Shown here one piece after another: positions 1-12,679 of a stretch of 64,000 nt of DNA. Both the position numbers and the translations under genes were made by a program. The notes below the pieces were generated by a model. The model ran no database searches, was not told where the DNA came from, and saw only the letters and a list, made by a program, of their open reading frames with translations. The stretch spans positions 80,331 through 144,330 of the forward strand of contig JBOFPV010000052.1 in assembly GCA_051660585.1 (NCBI GenBank), written 5' to 3'. Source of the DNA: Tannerellaceae bacterium (GTDB taxonomy: Bacteria; Bacteroidota; Bacteroidia; Bacteroidales; CAMTPD01). The stretch's first letter is position 1; each line of letters starts with the position of its first letter.

Positions 1-2
1 TG

Positions 3-254
3 AAGGTTGAAGAGGCTGATTTCTTAGCTCTAGGTAAAAAAGTTGCAAAAGCTCAATTTGCTCAATATGGTATGATCAGTATTCCTGAAGATGTTCTTGA
101 AAACTATGCTAAAGACATGATGAAGGATAAGAATACTGCTCGTAATATTGTTGATAGAGCTATTGAAGAGAAGATCGTTACAAGCATTAAAGAAAAAGTT
201 TCTCTTGACGAAAAAACTATTACAATTGAAGAATTTAAGAATCTTTTTGCGTAA
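3..254 (+). CDS. tig: Trigger factor, C-terminal fragment (5' end lies outside window)
   Basis: Frame is open from the window edge to TAA at 252-254. It sits directly upstream of clpP-clpX, the conserved tig-clpP-clpX order, and is followed by a hairpin terminator. The C-terminal peptide alone is only weakly diagnostic. Confidence 0.55.
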   Translation, partial: KVEEADFLALGKKVAKAQFAQYGMISIPEDVLENYAKDMMKDKNTARNIVDRAIEEKIVTSIKEKVSLDEKTITIEEFKNLFA

Positions 255-270
255 GTAGTCAATTTATAAA

Positions 271-310
271 ATAGGGGTGCATATCTATGGATTTGCACCC
301 CTATTTTTTT
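271..310 (+). terminator. Rho-independent terminator after tig
   Basis: 11-bp perfect stem ATAGGGGTGCA (271-281) / TGCACCCCTAT (294-304) followed by a T7 run. Confidence 0.8.
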
Positions 311-378
311 ATCTATATAATCTGTAAAAAATATATTTGACGCTTCTTATTCGTTTGTGGCATTCGGATTTTTATTTA

Positions 379-386
379 TAACTTTG
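379..386 (+). promoter_or_regulatory. Candidate Bacteroidetes -7 promoter box (TAACTTTG) for clpP
   Basis: Matches the TAnnTTTG consensus of Bacteroidetes sigma-A promoters, about 68 nt upstream of the clpP ATG. Confidence 0.5.
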
Positions 387-453
387 TTATCAACATGACG
401 GGTAGATAAATAGCCGGTCATCATAAATAGAAAAATAAAACTCAAACAGTACT

Positions 454-1119
454 ATGAGCGATTTTAGAAAATATGCGACCAAGCATCTAGGGATGAATGG
501 TAATGCGTTAGACAGCTATATGAATATCACTAGTAGTTATATTTCACCTACAATTATTGAAGAGCGTCAGCTAAATGTAGCTCAAATGGATGTCTTTTCA
601 CGTTTGATGATGGACCGAATTATCTTTTTAGGTACCGGTGTTGATGATTATACTGCGAACGTTATTCAAGCTCAACTTTTGTATTTAGACTCGAGTGATC
701 CAGGTAAGGATATTTCGATTTATATCAATTCACCTGGAGGATCTGTATATGCTGGTTATGGTATTTATGATACGATGCAATTTATTAATAGTGACGTGTC
801 AACTATATGTACAGGTATAGCAGCATCAATGGCTGCGGTTTTACTTGTTGCTGGAGCAAAGGGTAAACGGTTTGCATTGAAACATTCTCGTGTAATGATT
901 CACCAACCTCTAGGTGGTGTGCAAGGTCAAGCTTCAGATATTGAAATTACAGCACGTGAAATTGCTAAAGTAAAAAAAGAACTATATACCATTATTTCCG
1001 ATCATTCTGGTCAGTCAATTGATGTGATCGAAAAAGATGCAGATCGTGATTATTGGATGACTGCTGCTGAAGCAAAAGCTTATGGCATGATTGATGACGT
1101 TTTGATTAGAAATAAATAA
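454..1119 (+). CDS. clpP: ATP-dependent Clp protease proteolytic subunit ClpP
   Basis: 221 aa with ClpP signatures [16 protein letters not shown] (active-site Ser region) and [10 protein letters not shown] (His region). clpX lies immediately downstream. Confidence 0.95.
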   Translation: MSDFRKYATKHLGMNGNALDSYMNITSSYISPTIIEERQLNVAQMDVFSRLMMDRIIFLGTGVDDYTANVIQAQLLYLDSSDPGKDISIYINSPGGSVYAGYGIYDTMQFINSDVSTICTGIAASMAAVLLVAGAKGKRFALKHSRVMIHQPLGGVQGQASDIEITAREIAKVKKELYTIISDHSGQSIDVIEKDADRDYWMTAAEAKAYGMIDDVLIRNK

Positions 1120-1137
1120 TATAACTAGGATTTTAGG

Positions 1138-2370
1138 ATGGCTAAAAGTGGTGATCGTTGTACCTTCTGTGGTAAAACAGGCAAAGATGTCAATCTATTA
1201 ATTACCGGGGTGAATGGTGCAATCTGTGATGCATGTGCTACACAAGCCTATGATATTGTGCAAGAGGATTCGAAGCTAAAGAAAAAATCACAATCGGGGT
1301 TTGATCTAGCTGAACTTCCAAAACCAAAGGAAATCAAGGAGTTCTTAGATGGTTATGTAGTAGGTCAAGACGAGGCAAAAAGATATTTGTCTGTTGCGGT
1401 ATATAACCATTATAAGCGATTGGTGCAACCATTGTCTTCTGAGGATGTAGAGATTGAAAAATCTAATATTGTTATGGTTGGCTCCACAGGAACAGGTAAA
1501 ACTCTTCTAGCTCGTACGATTGCAAAATTATTGCATGTGCCTTTTACAATTGTAGATGCGACAGTATTAACGCAAGCTGGATATGTAGGTGAAGATATCG
1601 AATCTTTGTTGACTAGGTTGTTGCAGGTTGCAAACTACGATGTTAAAGCAGCGGAAAGAGGTATTGTTTTTATCGATGAAATTGATAAGATTGCTCGTAA
1701 AGGAGACAATCCTTCAATAACTAGAGATGTTAGTGGGGAAGGAGTACAGCAAGGTTTGTTAAAGTTGCTGGAAGGCTCTGTTGTTAACGTTCCACCACAA
1801 GGTGGGCGTAAGCATCCAGAAGCTCCAATGATTCAGGTCGATACAAAAAATATTTTATTTATTTGTGGAGGGGCCTTTGATGGTATAGAGAAGAAAATTG
1901 CTCAAAGATTAAATACTCGCTCAGTTGGATATTCTGCGAGTAGTAAGAATACGCAGGTTGATCATTCTAATTTGCTTAAATATATTCGTCCTGGTGATTT
2001 AAAATCATTTGGTTTGATTCCAGAAATTATTGGACGTTTGCCAATATTGACTTATTTGAATCCATTAGATCGAGACACATTGTGTCGAATATTGACGGAG
2101 CCAAAGAATTCAATAATAAAACAATATATAAAACTGTTTGAGATGGACGGGGTTAAATTGTCTTTCGATAATGATGTGTTTGACTATATTGTTGATAAAG
2201 CAATCGAATATAAATTAGGAGCTCGTGGATTGCGCTCGATTGTCGAAACAATCATGATGGATGATATGTTTTCGATGCCTTCGAAAGAAGAAAATGAATT
2301 GCATATTACAAAAGAGTATGCGCAAAAACAACTTGATAAAGCAGATTTAAATAGTTTGCAGGCAGAATAG
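1138..2370 (+). CDS. clpX: ATP-dependent Clp protease ATP-binding subunit ClpX
   Basis: N-terminal zinc finger CTFCGK..CDAC, Walker A GSTGTGKT, Walker [10 protein letters not shown]; 410 aa. Confidence 0.95.
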   Translation: MAKSGDRCTFCGKTGKDVNLLITGVNGAICDACATQAYDIVQEDSKLKKKSQSGFDLAELPKPKEIKEFLDGYVVGQDEAKRYLSVAVYNHYKRLVQPLSSEDVEIEKSNIVMVGSTGTGKTLLARTIAKLLHVPFTIVDATVLTQAGYVGEDIESLLTRLLQVANYDVKAAERGIVFIDEIDKIARKGDNPSITRDVSGEGVQQGLLKLLEGSVVNVPPQGGRKHPEAPMIQVDTKNILFICGGAFDGIEKKIAQRLNTRSVGYSASSKNTQVDHSNLLKYIRPGDLKSFGLIPEIIGRLPILTYLNPLDRDTLCRILTEPKNSIIKQYIKLFEMDGVKLSFDNDVFDYIVDKAIEYKLGARGLRSIVETIMMDDMFSMPSKEENELHITKEYAQKQLDKADLNSLQAE

Positions 2371-2386
2371 TGTTAAATTCTCAAGC

Positions 2387-4567
2387 ATGGCGAATAAAGA
2401 ATATCTAGTGAATGAGCTGAAGAAGAACTTTGGCTTTGGAACTTTTAAAGGGAATCAGGAGGCAGTTATTCAAAATCTGCTTGCCGAAAATGATACATTT
2501 GTATTAATGCCTACGGGTGGAGGTAAGTCGCTTTGTTATCAGCTTCCTTCTCTTATGATGGAAGGTACAGCTATAGTTATCTCTCCGTTAATTGCACTAA
2601 TGAAGAATCAAGTGGATGCCATGCGAAACTTCAGCGAAAAGGAGGGGATAGCTCATTTTATAAACTCATCATTAAACAAAACTGCTATTGATCAAGTAAA
2701 AGGAGATATATTAAGTGGTAAAACAAAACTGCTTTATGTTGCTCCAGAGTCTTTGACCAAAGAAGAAAATGTGGAATTTCTTCGACAAATAAAGATTTCT
2801 TTTTATGCAGTCGATGAGGCACATTGTATTTCAGAGTGGGGGCATGATTTTCGACCAGAGTATAGACGTATTCGTCCGATTATAAATGAGATCGGTAAGA
2901 GGCCATTAATAGCACTTACTGCAACAGCAACACCAAAAGTTCAACATGATATTCAAAAGAACTTAGGTATGATGGATGCAACGGTTTTTAAGTCTTCTTT
3001 TAATAGAGAAAATTTATATTACGAGATTAGACCTAAAACAATCAATGTTGACAGGGATATTATCAAGTTTATAAAGACTCAAGAAGGAAAATCTGGGATT
3101 ATCTACTGTCTGAGTAGAAAGAAAGTAGAAGAATTTACAGATATTCTTAAAGCTAATGGAATTGCTGCTTTGCCCTATCATGCGGGGATGGATTCCTCTA
3201 TACGCTCAGCTAATCAAGATGCCTTCTTACGTGAAAATGCACAAGTTGTTGTTGCAACAATAGCGTTTGGTATGGGTATTGATAAACCTGATGTTCGTTA
3301 TGTAATACACTATGATATCCCTAAAAGTCTTGAAGGTTATTATCAAGAAACAGGGCGAGCAGGAAGAGATGGTGGAGAAGGGCGATGTATTGCTTTTTAT
3401 ACATTAAAAGATCTTCAGAAGCTCGAAAAGTTTATGCAAGGGAAGCCTGTTGCTGAACAGGAGATTGGAAAGCAGCTGTTGCTTGAAACGGCAGCTTATG
3501 CCGAGAGTTCTGTTTGTCGACGGAAAGTTTTACTTCATTATTTCGGTGAAGAATATTCAGAGGAGAATTGTGGTAGTTGTGATAATTGTTTGAACCCGAA
3601 AAAAAAAGTGGAAGCACAGGAATTATTGGTTACAGTATTAGAGGCAGTCTCTGTACTAAAAGAAAAGTTTAAAGCAGAATATATAGTTAATATTCTGTTA
3701 GGAAAAGAAACGTCTGAAATTGAATCTTATGGACATCATGAGCTCGAGGTTTTTGGCTCGGGTGTAGATCAAGAAGAAAAAACTTGGAACGCTGTTATTC
3801 GCCAAGCTCTAATTAATGGATATCTGGATAAAGATATTGAGAATTATGGCTTGTTGAAGTTGACTGAAGCTGGAAAGAAGTTTATGAAGAAGCCTGTATC
3901 TTTCAAGATAGTTGAAGATAACGATTTTGAGGAAGAGGAAGAGGAAGTTCAAGTTCGCGGTGGTGCAACTTGTGCTGTAGACCCTGTTTTATATTCAATG
4001 ATGAAAGATTTAAGAAAAAAACTTTCAAAGAAGTTGGATGTACCTCCCTTCGTTATTTTCCAAGATCCTTCATTAGAGGCTATGGCTACAACATATCCTG
4101 TAACATTAGATGAATTGCAAAATATTCCTGGTGTTGGGGCTGGTAAGGCTAAGCGTTATGGTCAAGAATTTGTTCAGTTGATTAAACGACATGTAGAGGA
4201 GAACGAGATTGAAAGACCTGAGGATTTGCGTGTTCGCACAGTTGCAAATAAGTCTAAACTAAAAGTTTCGATAGTACAAGGTATTGATCGGAAAGTAGCT
4301 TTAGATGATCTTGCGATAACAAAAGGTTTGGAGTTTAGTGAGCTTCTAGATGAAATTGAAGCAATTGTTTATTCTGGTACAAAGATTAATATTGACTACT
4401 TCTTAAATGAAATTATGGATGAAGATCATATAAATGATATCTATGATTACTTTAAGGAGTCTGAGACAGACTCTCTAGACGAGGCAATTAATGAACTTGG
4501 GTCTGATTATACAGAAGAAGAAATTAGGCTAGCTCGTGTTAAATTTTTATCAGAGATGGCGAATTAA
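2387..4567 (+). CDS. recQ: ATP-dependent DNA helicase RecQ
   Basis: Helicase motifs PTGGGKSLCYQ, DEAHCISEWGHDFRPEY, TATAT and QETGRAGRDG. Zn-binding CRR..C..CDNC. C-terminal HRDC-like region. Confidence 0.95.
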   Translation: MANKEYLVNELKKNFGFGTFKGNQEAVIQNLLAENDTFVLMPTGGGKSLCYQLPSLMMEGTAIVISPLIALMKNQVDAMRNFSEKEGIAHFINSSLNKTAIDQVKGDILSGKTKLLYVAPESLTKEENVEFLRQIKISFYAVDEAHCISEWGHDFRPEYRRIRPIINEIGKRPLIALTATATPKVQHDIQKNLGMMDATVFKSSFNRENLYYEIRPKTINVDRDIIKFIKTQEGKSGIIYCLSRKKVEEFTDILKANGIAALPYHAGMDSSIRSANQDAFLRENAQVVVATIAFGMGIDKPDVRYVIHYDIPKSLEGYYQETGRAGRDGGEGRCIAFYTLKDLQKLEKFMQGKPVAEQEIGKQLLLETAAYAESSVCRRKVLLHYFGEEYSEENCGSCDNCLNPKKKVEAQELLVTVLEAVSVLKEKFKAEYIVNILLGKETSEIESYGHHELEVFGSGVDQEEKTWNAVIRQALINGYLDKDIENYGLLKLTEAGKKFMKKPVSFKIVEDNDFEEEEEEVQVRGGATCAVDPVLYSMMKDLRKKLSKKLDVPPFVIFQDPSLEAMATTYPVTLDELQNIPGVGAGKAKRYGQEFVQLIKRHVEENEIERPEDLRVRTVANKSKLKVSIVQGIDRKVALDDLAITKGLEFSELLDEIEAIVYSGTKINIDYFLNEIMDEDHINDIYDYFKESETDSLDEAINELGSDYTEEEIRLARVKFLSEMAN

Positions 4568-4580
4568 ATTTTAAAAAATA

Positions 4581-4620
4581 AAAAGCTCTTCGAGACCGAA
4601 GAGCTTTTTATTTTTTTATT
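4581..4620 (+). terminator. Rho-independent terminator after recQ
   Basis: 12-bp perfect stem AAAAGCTCTTCG / CGAAGAGCTTTT with loop AGAC, followed by a T-rich run. Confidence 0.85.
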
Positions 4621-4634
4621 GAATAAGAATGTGA

Positions 4635-6164
<1,530 letters not shown>

Positions 6165-6185
6165 TAATTCTTTTCATTAAGATAT

Positions 6186-6241
6186 ACGACATTAATCTAT
6201 CTAGCTAATAAGTGTAGCTAGTAGATTGATGTCGTTTTTTT
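6186..6241 (+). terminator. Rho-independent terminator after guaB
   Basis: Long imperfect stem ACGACATTAATCTATCTAGCTA / TAGCTAGTAGATTGATGTCGT followed by T7. Confidence 0.7.
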
Positions 6242-6341
6242 ATGTAATTTTTGCTGCCATATTTGATGTTGATTCAAATACATATCGTAGTTTTGTTAGA
6301 AACAAATCCATTAAGTCTCATACAATTACTTTTTCGTGATT

Positions 6342-7220
6342 ATGAAAAGAATATTACTATCGACAATTCTATTTTTGATTATATTTGCATGCAATGATTC
6401 AACTCAGATCTTAAAGACTGATGTTGTTGTCACTGTACAAGATCATTCATTGACAAAAGAAGAAATAGAATTATCTATGCCCAAAGGGCTTTCTCGAGTT
6501 GATAGTATAGTTGTTGCAGAGAATTTAATTAAGAATTGGATTGTTGAGCAGTTGTTATATGATGTTGCTAAGCGTAATACGGCAAGTCAGCAGAAAGAGG
6601 TTGAACAGCTTGTTGAGAAATATGAAAAATCCTTGGTATTAAATCTTTATCAGGAAATGCTAGTTAATGAGAGATTAACACCTGAAATAAAAGATCTTGA
6701 TATAAGGAGTTTTTATGAAGAAAATAAAGAGCGTTTTAAACTCGATAAGAATATAATTAAAGGTCTTTTTCTTAAGATTCCAATTGATGCTCCTAATTTG
6801 ACTCAGATTCGAGAGTGGTATAAATCTACAAATGAAAGGTCATTGGAGAATATTGAAAAGTATAGTATACAAAATGCATCTGTATATGATTATTTTTATG
6901 ATAAATGGGTCGATTTTGATGAAGTGGTAGATAAAATACCAATTCATATTTCTGATCCAATTAAATTTTTGAGAGAGAAAAAGAATATCGAAGTTTCAGA
7001 TAGTTTATATGTTTATTTATTGAACATTAGTGAAACTCTTTTGATCGGTAACTCTGCTCCATATGAATTTGCAGAACCTATGATCAGAGAGTTGCTGATT
7101 AATCAGAAACGCTTGAATTTTATTAAAAGTATAGAAGAGGATTTATATAATGATGCTCTGCGAAAAGGTGTAATTCAATATTCACCTGATATTGCAGTTG
7201 CTGAAAAAAAGCTTAATTGA
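6342..7220 (+). CDS. Lipoprotein, SurA-N/PpiC-associated chaperone-like (hypothetical)
   Basis: Lipobox-like signal MKRILLSTILFLIIFAC. Helical and Lys/Glu-rich. Sits directly upstream of, and overlaps, a SurA-like PPIase gene. Start moved to ATG 6342. Confidence 0.5.
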   Translation: MKRILLSTILFLIIFACNDSTQILKTDVVVTVQDHSLTKEEIELSMPKGLSRVDSIVVAENLIKNWIVEQLLYDVAKRNTASQQKEVEQLVEKYEKSLVLNLYQEMLVNERLTPEIKDLDIRSFYEENKERFKLDKNIIKGLFLKIPIDAPNLTQIREWYKSTNERSLENIEKYSIQNASVYDYFYDKWVDFDEVVDKIPIHISDPIKFLREKKNIEVSDSLYVYLLNISETLLIGNSAPYEFAEPMIRELLINQKRLNFIKSIEEDLYNDALRKGVIQYSPDIAVAEKKLN

Positions 7221-7222
7221 CA

Positions 7223-8590
7223 ATGAGAAGATTTTTTGGTCTATTTCTTTTTGCTGCAGTATCCTTTATTGCGAATGCACAAGATAGTAATGTTATTGAT
7301 GAAATAGTATGGGTTGTTGGTGATGATGCTATTTTGCGTTCAGATGTTGAAATGCAGCGATTACTAATGAGTGAAGAGGGTAAAAGGTTTAATGGTGATC
7401 CTTACTGTGTAATCCCAGAACAAATTGCTTTGCAAAAATTATTTCTTCACCAAGCTAAATTAGATAGTATTGAGGTTCCAGAGTCTCAGGTTGTGATGTA
7501 TGCTGATCAATCAATTGCTGAGAGGATTAAAAGAGCCGGCTCAAAGGAGCAGCTAGAAGAATATCTAAATAAGCCACTTCCTTTAATTAGAGAAGAGACT
7601 ATGGAAATGATTAGAGAACAGCAGACTGTTCAAAATATGAGAGCTAAAATTACAGGTGATATAAAACTAACACCTTCTGAGGTGCGTAAATATTATAATG
7701 AACTTCCTAAAGATAGTCTTCCATATATTCCAATGACTGTAGAAGTTCAAATAATCACGATGGAACCAAAAATATCTGTTCAAGAAATTGATGCTGTAAA
7801 AGCCAAACTTCGAGATTTTACTGAGCGTGTTAATTCTGGAGAGCAAGAGTTTTCTACGTTAGCACGTATGTATTCTCAAGATAGAAGTAGTGCAATATAT
7901 GGTGGTGAAATTGGATTTAGTGGTAAAGGAATGTTGGCACCCGAATATGCAAATGCAGCCTTTAATCTAAATGATAATAAGAAGGTTTCTAAAATAGTTG
8001 AAACAGAATTTGGATATCACATTATTCAACTTATTGAGAAAAGAGGAGATCGAATAAATACACGTCATATCTTGCTAAACCCTGAGCCTTCGGATAAAGA
8101 GATTGAAGACGCTGTAGTTAAGATGGATTCATTGTATAATGACATGTTAAGTGATAAGTTTTCTTTCGAAGATGCTGCTTTATTTGTTTCGTATGATAAA
8201 GATACCAAGAATAATAAGGGTATTATGGTGAACTCTAAAGCAGAAAACGAAAGAAACGGAACACCGAAGTTTGAAATGAGCGAACTGCCAATAGAAGTAG
8301 CAAGAGCTATTGATGAGCTAGATCAAGGGCAGTTTTCTAAGCCATTTAAAATGAAAAATGAGAAGAATAATAAAGATGTTATTGCAATCGCTAAACTTAA
8401 AACTAGAACAGCTGGTCACAGAGCGAATATGGCAGATGACTATCAGGTTTTGAAGCGAATTGTTGAGCAAAAAAAGCAAGAAGATATCTTGAGTAAATGG
8501 ATTGCAAATAAGCAGAAAGAAACATATATTCGTATCAATCCAAATTGGGTGAAGTGTGATTTTATGTATCCAGGTTGGATCAAAGAATAA
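7223..8590 (+). CDS. SurA-like periplasmic peptidyl-prolyl isomerase/chaperone
   Basis: Signal peptide MRRFFGLFLFAAVSFIANAQ, parvulin-type motif TEFGYHIIQLIEKRG, SurA-like N-terminal domain. Start moved to ATG 7223. Confidence 0.75.
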   Translation: MRRFFGLFLFAAVSFIANAQDSNVIDEIVWVVGDDAILRSDVEMQRLLMSEEGKRFNGDPYCVIPEQIALQKLFLHQAKLDSIEVPESQVVMYADQSIAERIKRAGSKEQLEEYLNKPLPLIREETMEMIREQQTVQNMRAKITGDIKLTPSEVRKYYNELPKDSLPYIPMTVEVQIITMEPKISVQEIDAVKAKLRDFTERVNSGEQEFSTLARMYSQDRSSAIYGGEIGFSGKGMLAPEYANAAFNLNDNKKVSKIVETEFGYHIIQLIEKRGDRINTRHILLNPEPSDKEIEDAVVKMDSLYNDMLSDKFSFEDAALFVSYDKDTKNNKGIMVNSKAENERNGTPKFEMSELPIEVARAIDELDQGQFSKPFKMKNEKNNKDVIAIAKLKTRTAGHRANMADDYQVLKRIVEQKKQEDILSKWIANKQKETYIRINPNWVKCDFMYPGWIKE

Positions 8591-8605
8591 TGATTCTAAT
8601 TTATC

Positions 8606-10270
8606 ATGTTAAGATTTAGATTTAAATATATTTTTAGCGGGCACAATATCCTTTTATTTGGGATGTTGTGCCTGTTTGGCATAAGTCATGCCCAAATTAC
8701 GGACGTAGTGATTTCAGGATCTGACACAACTGCTGTTTCTGCAGATACAATTCGTTCTGTTGATGATTTATCTGAACGAAAAACAACTAAGGTCTTTTTA
8801 GAACATGCAGATATTCTTGAATTTAACAAGCAACTACGAAATGAGGCAAAATTTTTGAAAGGGAACGTTGTTTTTAGGCACAATGAGTCTTATATGTATT
8901 GCGATAGTGCTTATTTTTTCGAACAAACAAATTCATTAGAAGCTTTTTCAAATGTACGAATGGAGCAAGGTGATACGTTGTTTATATACGGAGATTATCT
9001 GTTTTATGATGGTGATACAGAAGTTGCAAAGTTGAGAAATAATGTGCGAATGATAAATAAAGATGTAACCTTATATACAGATAGCTTAAACTATGACAGG
9101 TATATCAATATAGGTTACTATTTTGATCATGGAAGAATCGTAGATCCAGAGAATATACTTCGTTCAATATATGGACAATATTCGCCAGATACTAAAATTG
9201 CAGAGTTTAAGGATAGTGTTGTTCTCGAGAATCCTCAATTTACACTATACTCAGACACCTTGAAGTATAATACAGACTCGAAGATTGCAACAATACTCGG
9301 ACCCTCAGAGATCGTGTCAGATAGTGCAACTATTATATCTTCATTAGGATGGTATAATACCATAACAAATGAATCAATGCTCTTAGATCAATCGGTTGTT
9401 GTTTCGGGAACGAAGCTTTTATCTGGTGATTCTATATTCTACAATAGAGAATTAGGTTTTGGGGAGGTTTTTGGTAATATGTCCATCAAAGATACAGCCC
9501 AACAAGTCATGCTGACCGGTAATTATGGTTATTACAATGAGAAGACACAGTTTGCTTTTGCAACTGACTCAGCCTTATTATATGAATATTCTCAGCAGGA
9601 TACATTATTTTTACATGCTGATACTATGACTATGGTCACTATTGATGAAAAGTTTAAAGAGATAAAAGCTTATCATGGTGTGAGGTTTTTTCGTCCAGAT
9701 TTACAGGGCGTTTGTGATTCGATGCAGTTTAATTCAAAAGACTCTGTACTGTATATGTTTCAAGATCCTATTTTGTGGAATGAGACATATCAGCTATCAG
9801 GAGATACAATCGAGGTATTTTTAAACGATAGTACGATTGATTGGGCGCATGTAATAGCATCAGCTTTTGCTATACAAGAGATTGATTCTGTTAGTTACAA
9901 TCAATTAGGAGGTTCAGACCTCAAAGCCTTTTTTCAAAATCAAACGGTCGAACGACTTGAAGTAAGTGGCAACGCTGAATCAGTATATTATCCGATAGAT
10001 GATAAAAATGGCTCTTTCATAGGAATGAACAAAACTAAAAGTGGATATCTGACGATGTGGATGCGTGATAGTAAACTGGATAAATTGAAGATATGGCCTA
10101 GTCCACAGGGAACATTGACGCCAATTCCTGATTTAACTAGAGAGGCCAGGTTTTTAAAGAACTTTCAATGGTTTGACTATATACGTCCGATAAATAAAGA
10201 AGATCTTTTTCGAGTTGTCAAAAGAAAAGTAGAAGAGGCTCCGAAGAGAAAAAGAAAATCACTAAATTAG
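8606..10270 (+). CDS. OstA/LptD-N-terminal-like domain protein (envelope biogenesis, hypothetical)
   Basis: 554 aa with an N-terminal signal/TM segment and repetitive beta-rich segments (e.g. GNVVFRHNESYMYCDSAYF) typical of OstA-like proteins. The position after SurA-like genes is conserved in Bacteroidetes. Confidence 0.5.
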   Translation: MLRFRFKYIFSGHNILLFGMLCLFGISHAQITDVVISGSDTTAVSADTIRSVDDLSERKTTKVFLEHADILEFNKQLRNEAKFLKGNVVFRHNESYMYCDSAYFFEQTNSLEAFSNVRMEQGDTLFIYGDYLFYDGDTEVAKLRNNVRMINKDVTLYTDSLNYDRYINIGYYFDHGRIVDPENILRSIYGQYSPDTKIAEFKDSVVLENPQFTLYSDTLKYNTDSKIATILGPSEIVSDSATIISSLGWYNTITNESMLLDQSVVVSGTKLLSGDSIFYNRELGFGEVFGNMSIKDTAQQVMLTGNYGYYNEKTQFAFATDSALLYEYSQQDTLFLHADTMTMVTIDEKFKEIKAYHGVRFFRPDLQGVCDSMQFNSKDSVLYMFQDPILWNETYQLSGDTIEVFLNDSTIDWAHVIASAFAIQEIDSVSYNQLGGSDLKAFFQNQTVERLEVSGNAESVYYPIDDKNGSFIGMNKTKSGYLTMWMRDSKLDKLKIWPSPQGTLTPIPDLTREARFLKNFQWFDYIRPINKEDLFRVVKRKVEEAPKRKRKSLN

Positions 10271-10291
10271 CAATACCAAAAACAATCAGCT

Positions 10292-10591
10292 ATGGGTTTA
10301 TTTTTCTTTTATCAAAATAGAAAACCTAGGAAATTTGGGCATAAGCCAATTTTTTACGATGAACGCAAAGAGGCTCTCGAAGAGCGTGTCGTTAAAATCA
10401 AGAAAGAACTTGGTGAAATGCCAGAGGAGGAATTTCAGCCTACAGTGAAAGGTTCTTTTGTTGAAGGAACTTCTCATATAAAGAAAAAGCAAATGCGAGG
10501 TCAAACCATCGATTCTCGTGTTTCAACAAATATACGTTTAGCTGTAATATTAATTCTGCTATTGATATTAGCGGGTTACTTATTCTTCTAA
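10292..10591 (+). CDS. Small hypothetical protein with C-terminal membrane anchor
   Basis: 99 aa with a charged N-terminal part and a hydrophobic C-terminal helix [19 protein letters not shown]. Tightly spaced between flanking genes. Confidence 0.4.
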   Translation: MGLFFFYQNRKPRKFGHKPIFYDERKEALEERVVKIKKELGEMPEEEFQPTVKGSFVEGTSHIKKKQMRGQTIDSRVSTNIRLAVILILLLILAGYLFF

Positions 10592-10602
10592 AATTAATTT
10601 TA

Positions 10603-12678
10603 ATGAGTGACATTATACATTTACTTCCTGAAAGTATCGCTAATCAAATAGCGGCAGGTGAGGTTATTCAACGTCCAGCCTCAGTGGTGAAAGAATTGGT
10701 TGAGAATGCAGTCGATGCTGGAGCTTCTGAGGTTCAAGTTGTAATAAAAGATGCAGGGAAAACGTTAATTCAAGTCATTGATAACGGCAAAGGAATGTCT
10801 GAGACAGATGCACGAATGGCATTTGAGCGTCATGCAACGTCAAAGATATCTAAGGCTGATGATTTGTTTGCTTTGACAACAATGGGTTTTCGAGGTGAGG
10901 CTCTTGCTTCGATAGCAGCCGTTGCACACGTTGAATTGAAAAGTCGTCAAGAAGCATCTGAGCTTGGAACACATTTGATAATTTCAGGTTCTGCTGTAGA
11001 ATCGCAAGAGCCGATAGCATGTGCAGTAGGAAGTAATTTTTCTATCAAGAATTTATTTTTTAATGTTCCAGCTCGCCGAAAGTTTTTGAAATCGAATGAG
11101 ACAGAGTTTCGTAATATTATTACGGAATTTGAGCGTATAGCACTAGTTTATCCGGAAGTCTCTTTTTTATTGATTCATAACGATGGTGAAATCTATAATT
11201 TACCATCTTCTGGTCTTAAGCAACGTATTCTTAATATATTTGGGAAGAATGTCAATCAACAGTTATTGCCAGTTGAAGTAAAAACGTCTTTAATTAATAT
11301 AAGTGGCTTTGTAGGAAAGCCTGATTTTGTTAAGAAGAGAGGAGCTCATCAATTCTTTTTTGTAAATAATCGCTTTATGAAACATCCGTATTTTCATAAA
11401 GCAGTGATGAATGCATACGAGCACATCATCTCAACAGGTGAGATGCCAAATTATTTTATATATTTCGACTTAGACCCTTCATCAATAGATGTAAATATTC
11501 ATCCTACAAAGACAGAAATAAAGTTTGAAAACGAACAGCCGATTTGGCAGATACTATCTAGCGCAGTAAAAGAATCGTTAGGTAAATCAAATGCAGTTCC
11601 TTCAATTAATTTTGATGTGGATGACTCGATTGATATTCCTGTTTTTCACTCCGACCAGCAGAACCCATTTACGACTCCTAATGTAGAAATAGATAAAGGA
11701 TATAACCCCTTTAATGCTTCATCTAATTTCTCACGACCAGAGTTTGATTGGGAAAAATTGTATGAAGGTTTCGAAAAAGGCCGATCTACAGAAGAAATTG
11801 GTTTGCCGCATGAGGAAAACTTCGAAATGGAAGAAACTTCTTTTGAGTCAAAGGTTTCTAATGTATTGGAAAGTCAGGATTTGCTAGAATTACCATCTAA
11901 GGCAAACGATCTTCCGTCAAAGATGAGTGCCGGTACAAGTTCTAGCTTTCGACCTACTACAGGCTTTGATACATTCAGTCCTACTTCTCAGTTCAATCAG
12001 TGGGATAGTCAAGAAACATTCCAATCTTCAATAACTGTATCAGCCCCGAAGTCTGAGGGTGTTGTGGAGGTTGTGTCAAAGGGAACACCGGAACAGCAAT
12101 TGTTTCCAAGCATTCCAACTGTATTTTATATCCAATATAAGCATAAGTATATTATAACATCGGTCAAATCAGGACTGATGATTGTAGATCAGCATAGAGC
12201 GCATGTTCGAATATTATTTGATCAATATTTGACTAGTCTAAAATCAAAAAAGGCAGCTTCACAAAAGCTCCTTTTTCCCGAAATGATAAGCTTTACAGCA
12301 GGAGAGTCGGCGGTGCTGCCGACAATCCTCGACGATTTGTATTTTATGGGGTTTGACCTTGGTCATTTAGGAAATAATACGTATTCTATAAATGGAGTGC
12401 CGGTTGGTTTGGATAAAGCAAATCCGATAGAATTGCTAAAGTCCGCGTTGTATGATGTACTTGAAACAGGTTTGTCTGCGCATGATAAGATAACAGAGAC
12501 ATTGGCTTTGTCGTTTGCTCGTTCAGCAGCAATACAATCAGGTAAATCTCTCTCTACCGAAGAAATGGATAATCTTATAGCAAATCTATTTTCATCAAGT
12601 TCTCCAAATATCGGCCCTGATGGTTCAATAATTGTTTCTATGATTGAAGATGATGAATTTGCAAAGCGTTTTAAATAA
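10603..12678 (+). CDS. mutL: DNA mismatch repair protein MutL
   Basis: GHKL ATPase N-terminus [33 protein letters not shown] and [10 protein letters not shown], a long low-complexity linker, and a C-terminal dimerisation domain. Confidence 0.95.
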   Translation: MSDIIHLLPESIANQIAAGEVIQRPASVVKELVENAVDAGASEVQVVIKDAGKTLIQVIDNGKGMSETDARMAFERHATSKISKADDLFALTTMGFRGEALASIAAVAHVELKSRQEASELGTHLIISGSAVESQEPIACAVGSNFSIKNLFFNVPARRKFLKSNETEFRNIITEFERIALVYPEVSFLLIHNDGEIYNLPSSGLKQRILNIFGKNVNQQLLPVEVKTSLINISGFVGKPDFVKKRGAHQFFFVNNRFMKHPYFHKAVMNAYEHIISTGEMPNYFIYFDLDPSSIDVNIHPTKTEIKFENEQPIWQILSSAVKESLGKSNAVPSINFDVDDSIDIPVFHSDQQNPFTTPNVEIDKGYNPFNASSNFSRPEFDWEKLYEGFEKGRSTEEIGLPHEENFEMEETSFESKVSNVLESQDLLELPSKANDLPSKMSAGTSSSFRPTTGFDTFSPTSQFNQWDSQETFQSSITVSAPKSEGVVEVVSKGTPEQQLFPSIPTVFYIQYKHKYIITSVKSGLMIVDQHRAHVRILFDQYLTSLKSKKAASQKLLFPEMISFTAGESAVLPTILDDLYFMGFDLGHLGNNTYSINGVPVGLDKANPIELLKSALYDVLETGLSAHDKITETLALSFARSAAIQSGKSLSTEEMDNLIANLFSSSSPNIGPDGSIIVSMIEDDEFAKRFK

Positions 12679-12679
12679 A

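Noticed and set aside
3594-3610. Identical 17-mer ACCCG-A10-GT in recQ (3594-3610) and in the GH3/beta-lactamase gene (39944-39960)
   Set aside because: Both encode xKKKV in different codon phases within unrelated genes. Apart from the homopolymer, the shared flanks are only 5 and 2 nt, so this is most likely coincidence.
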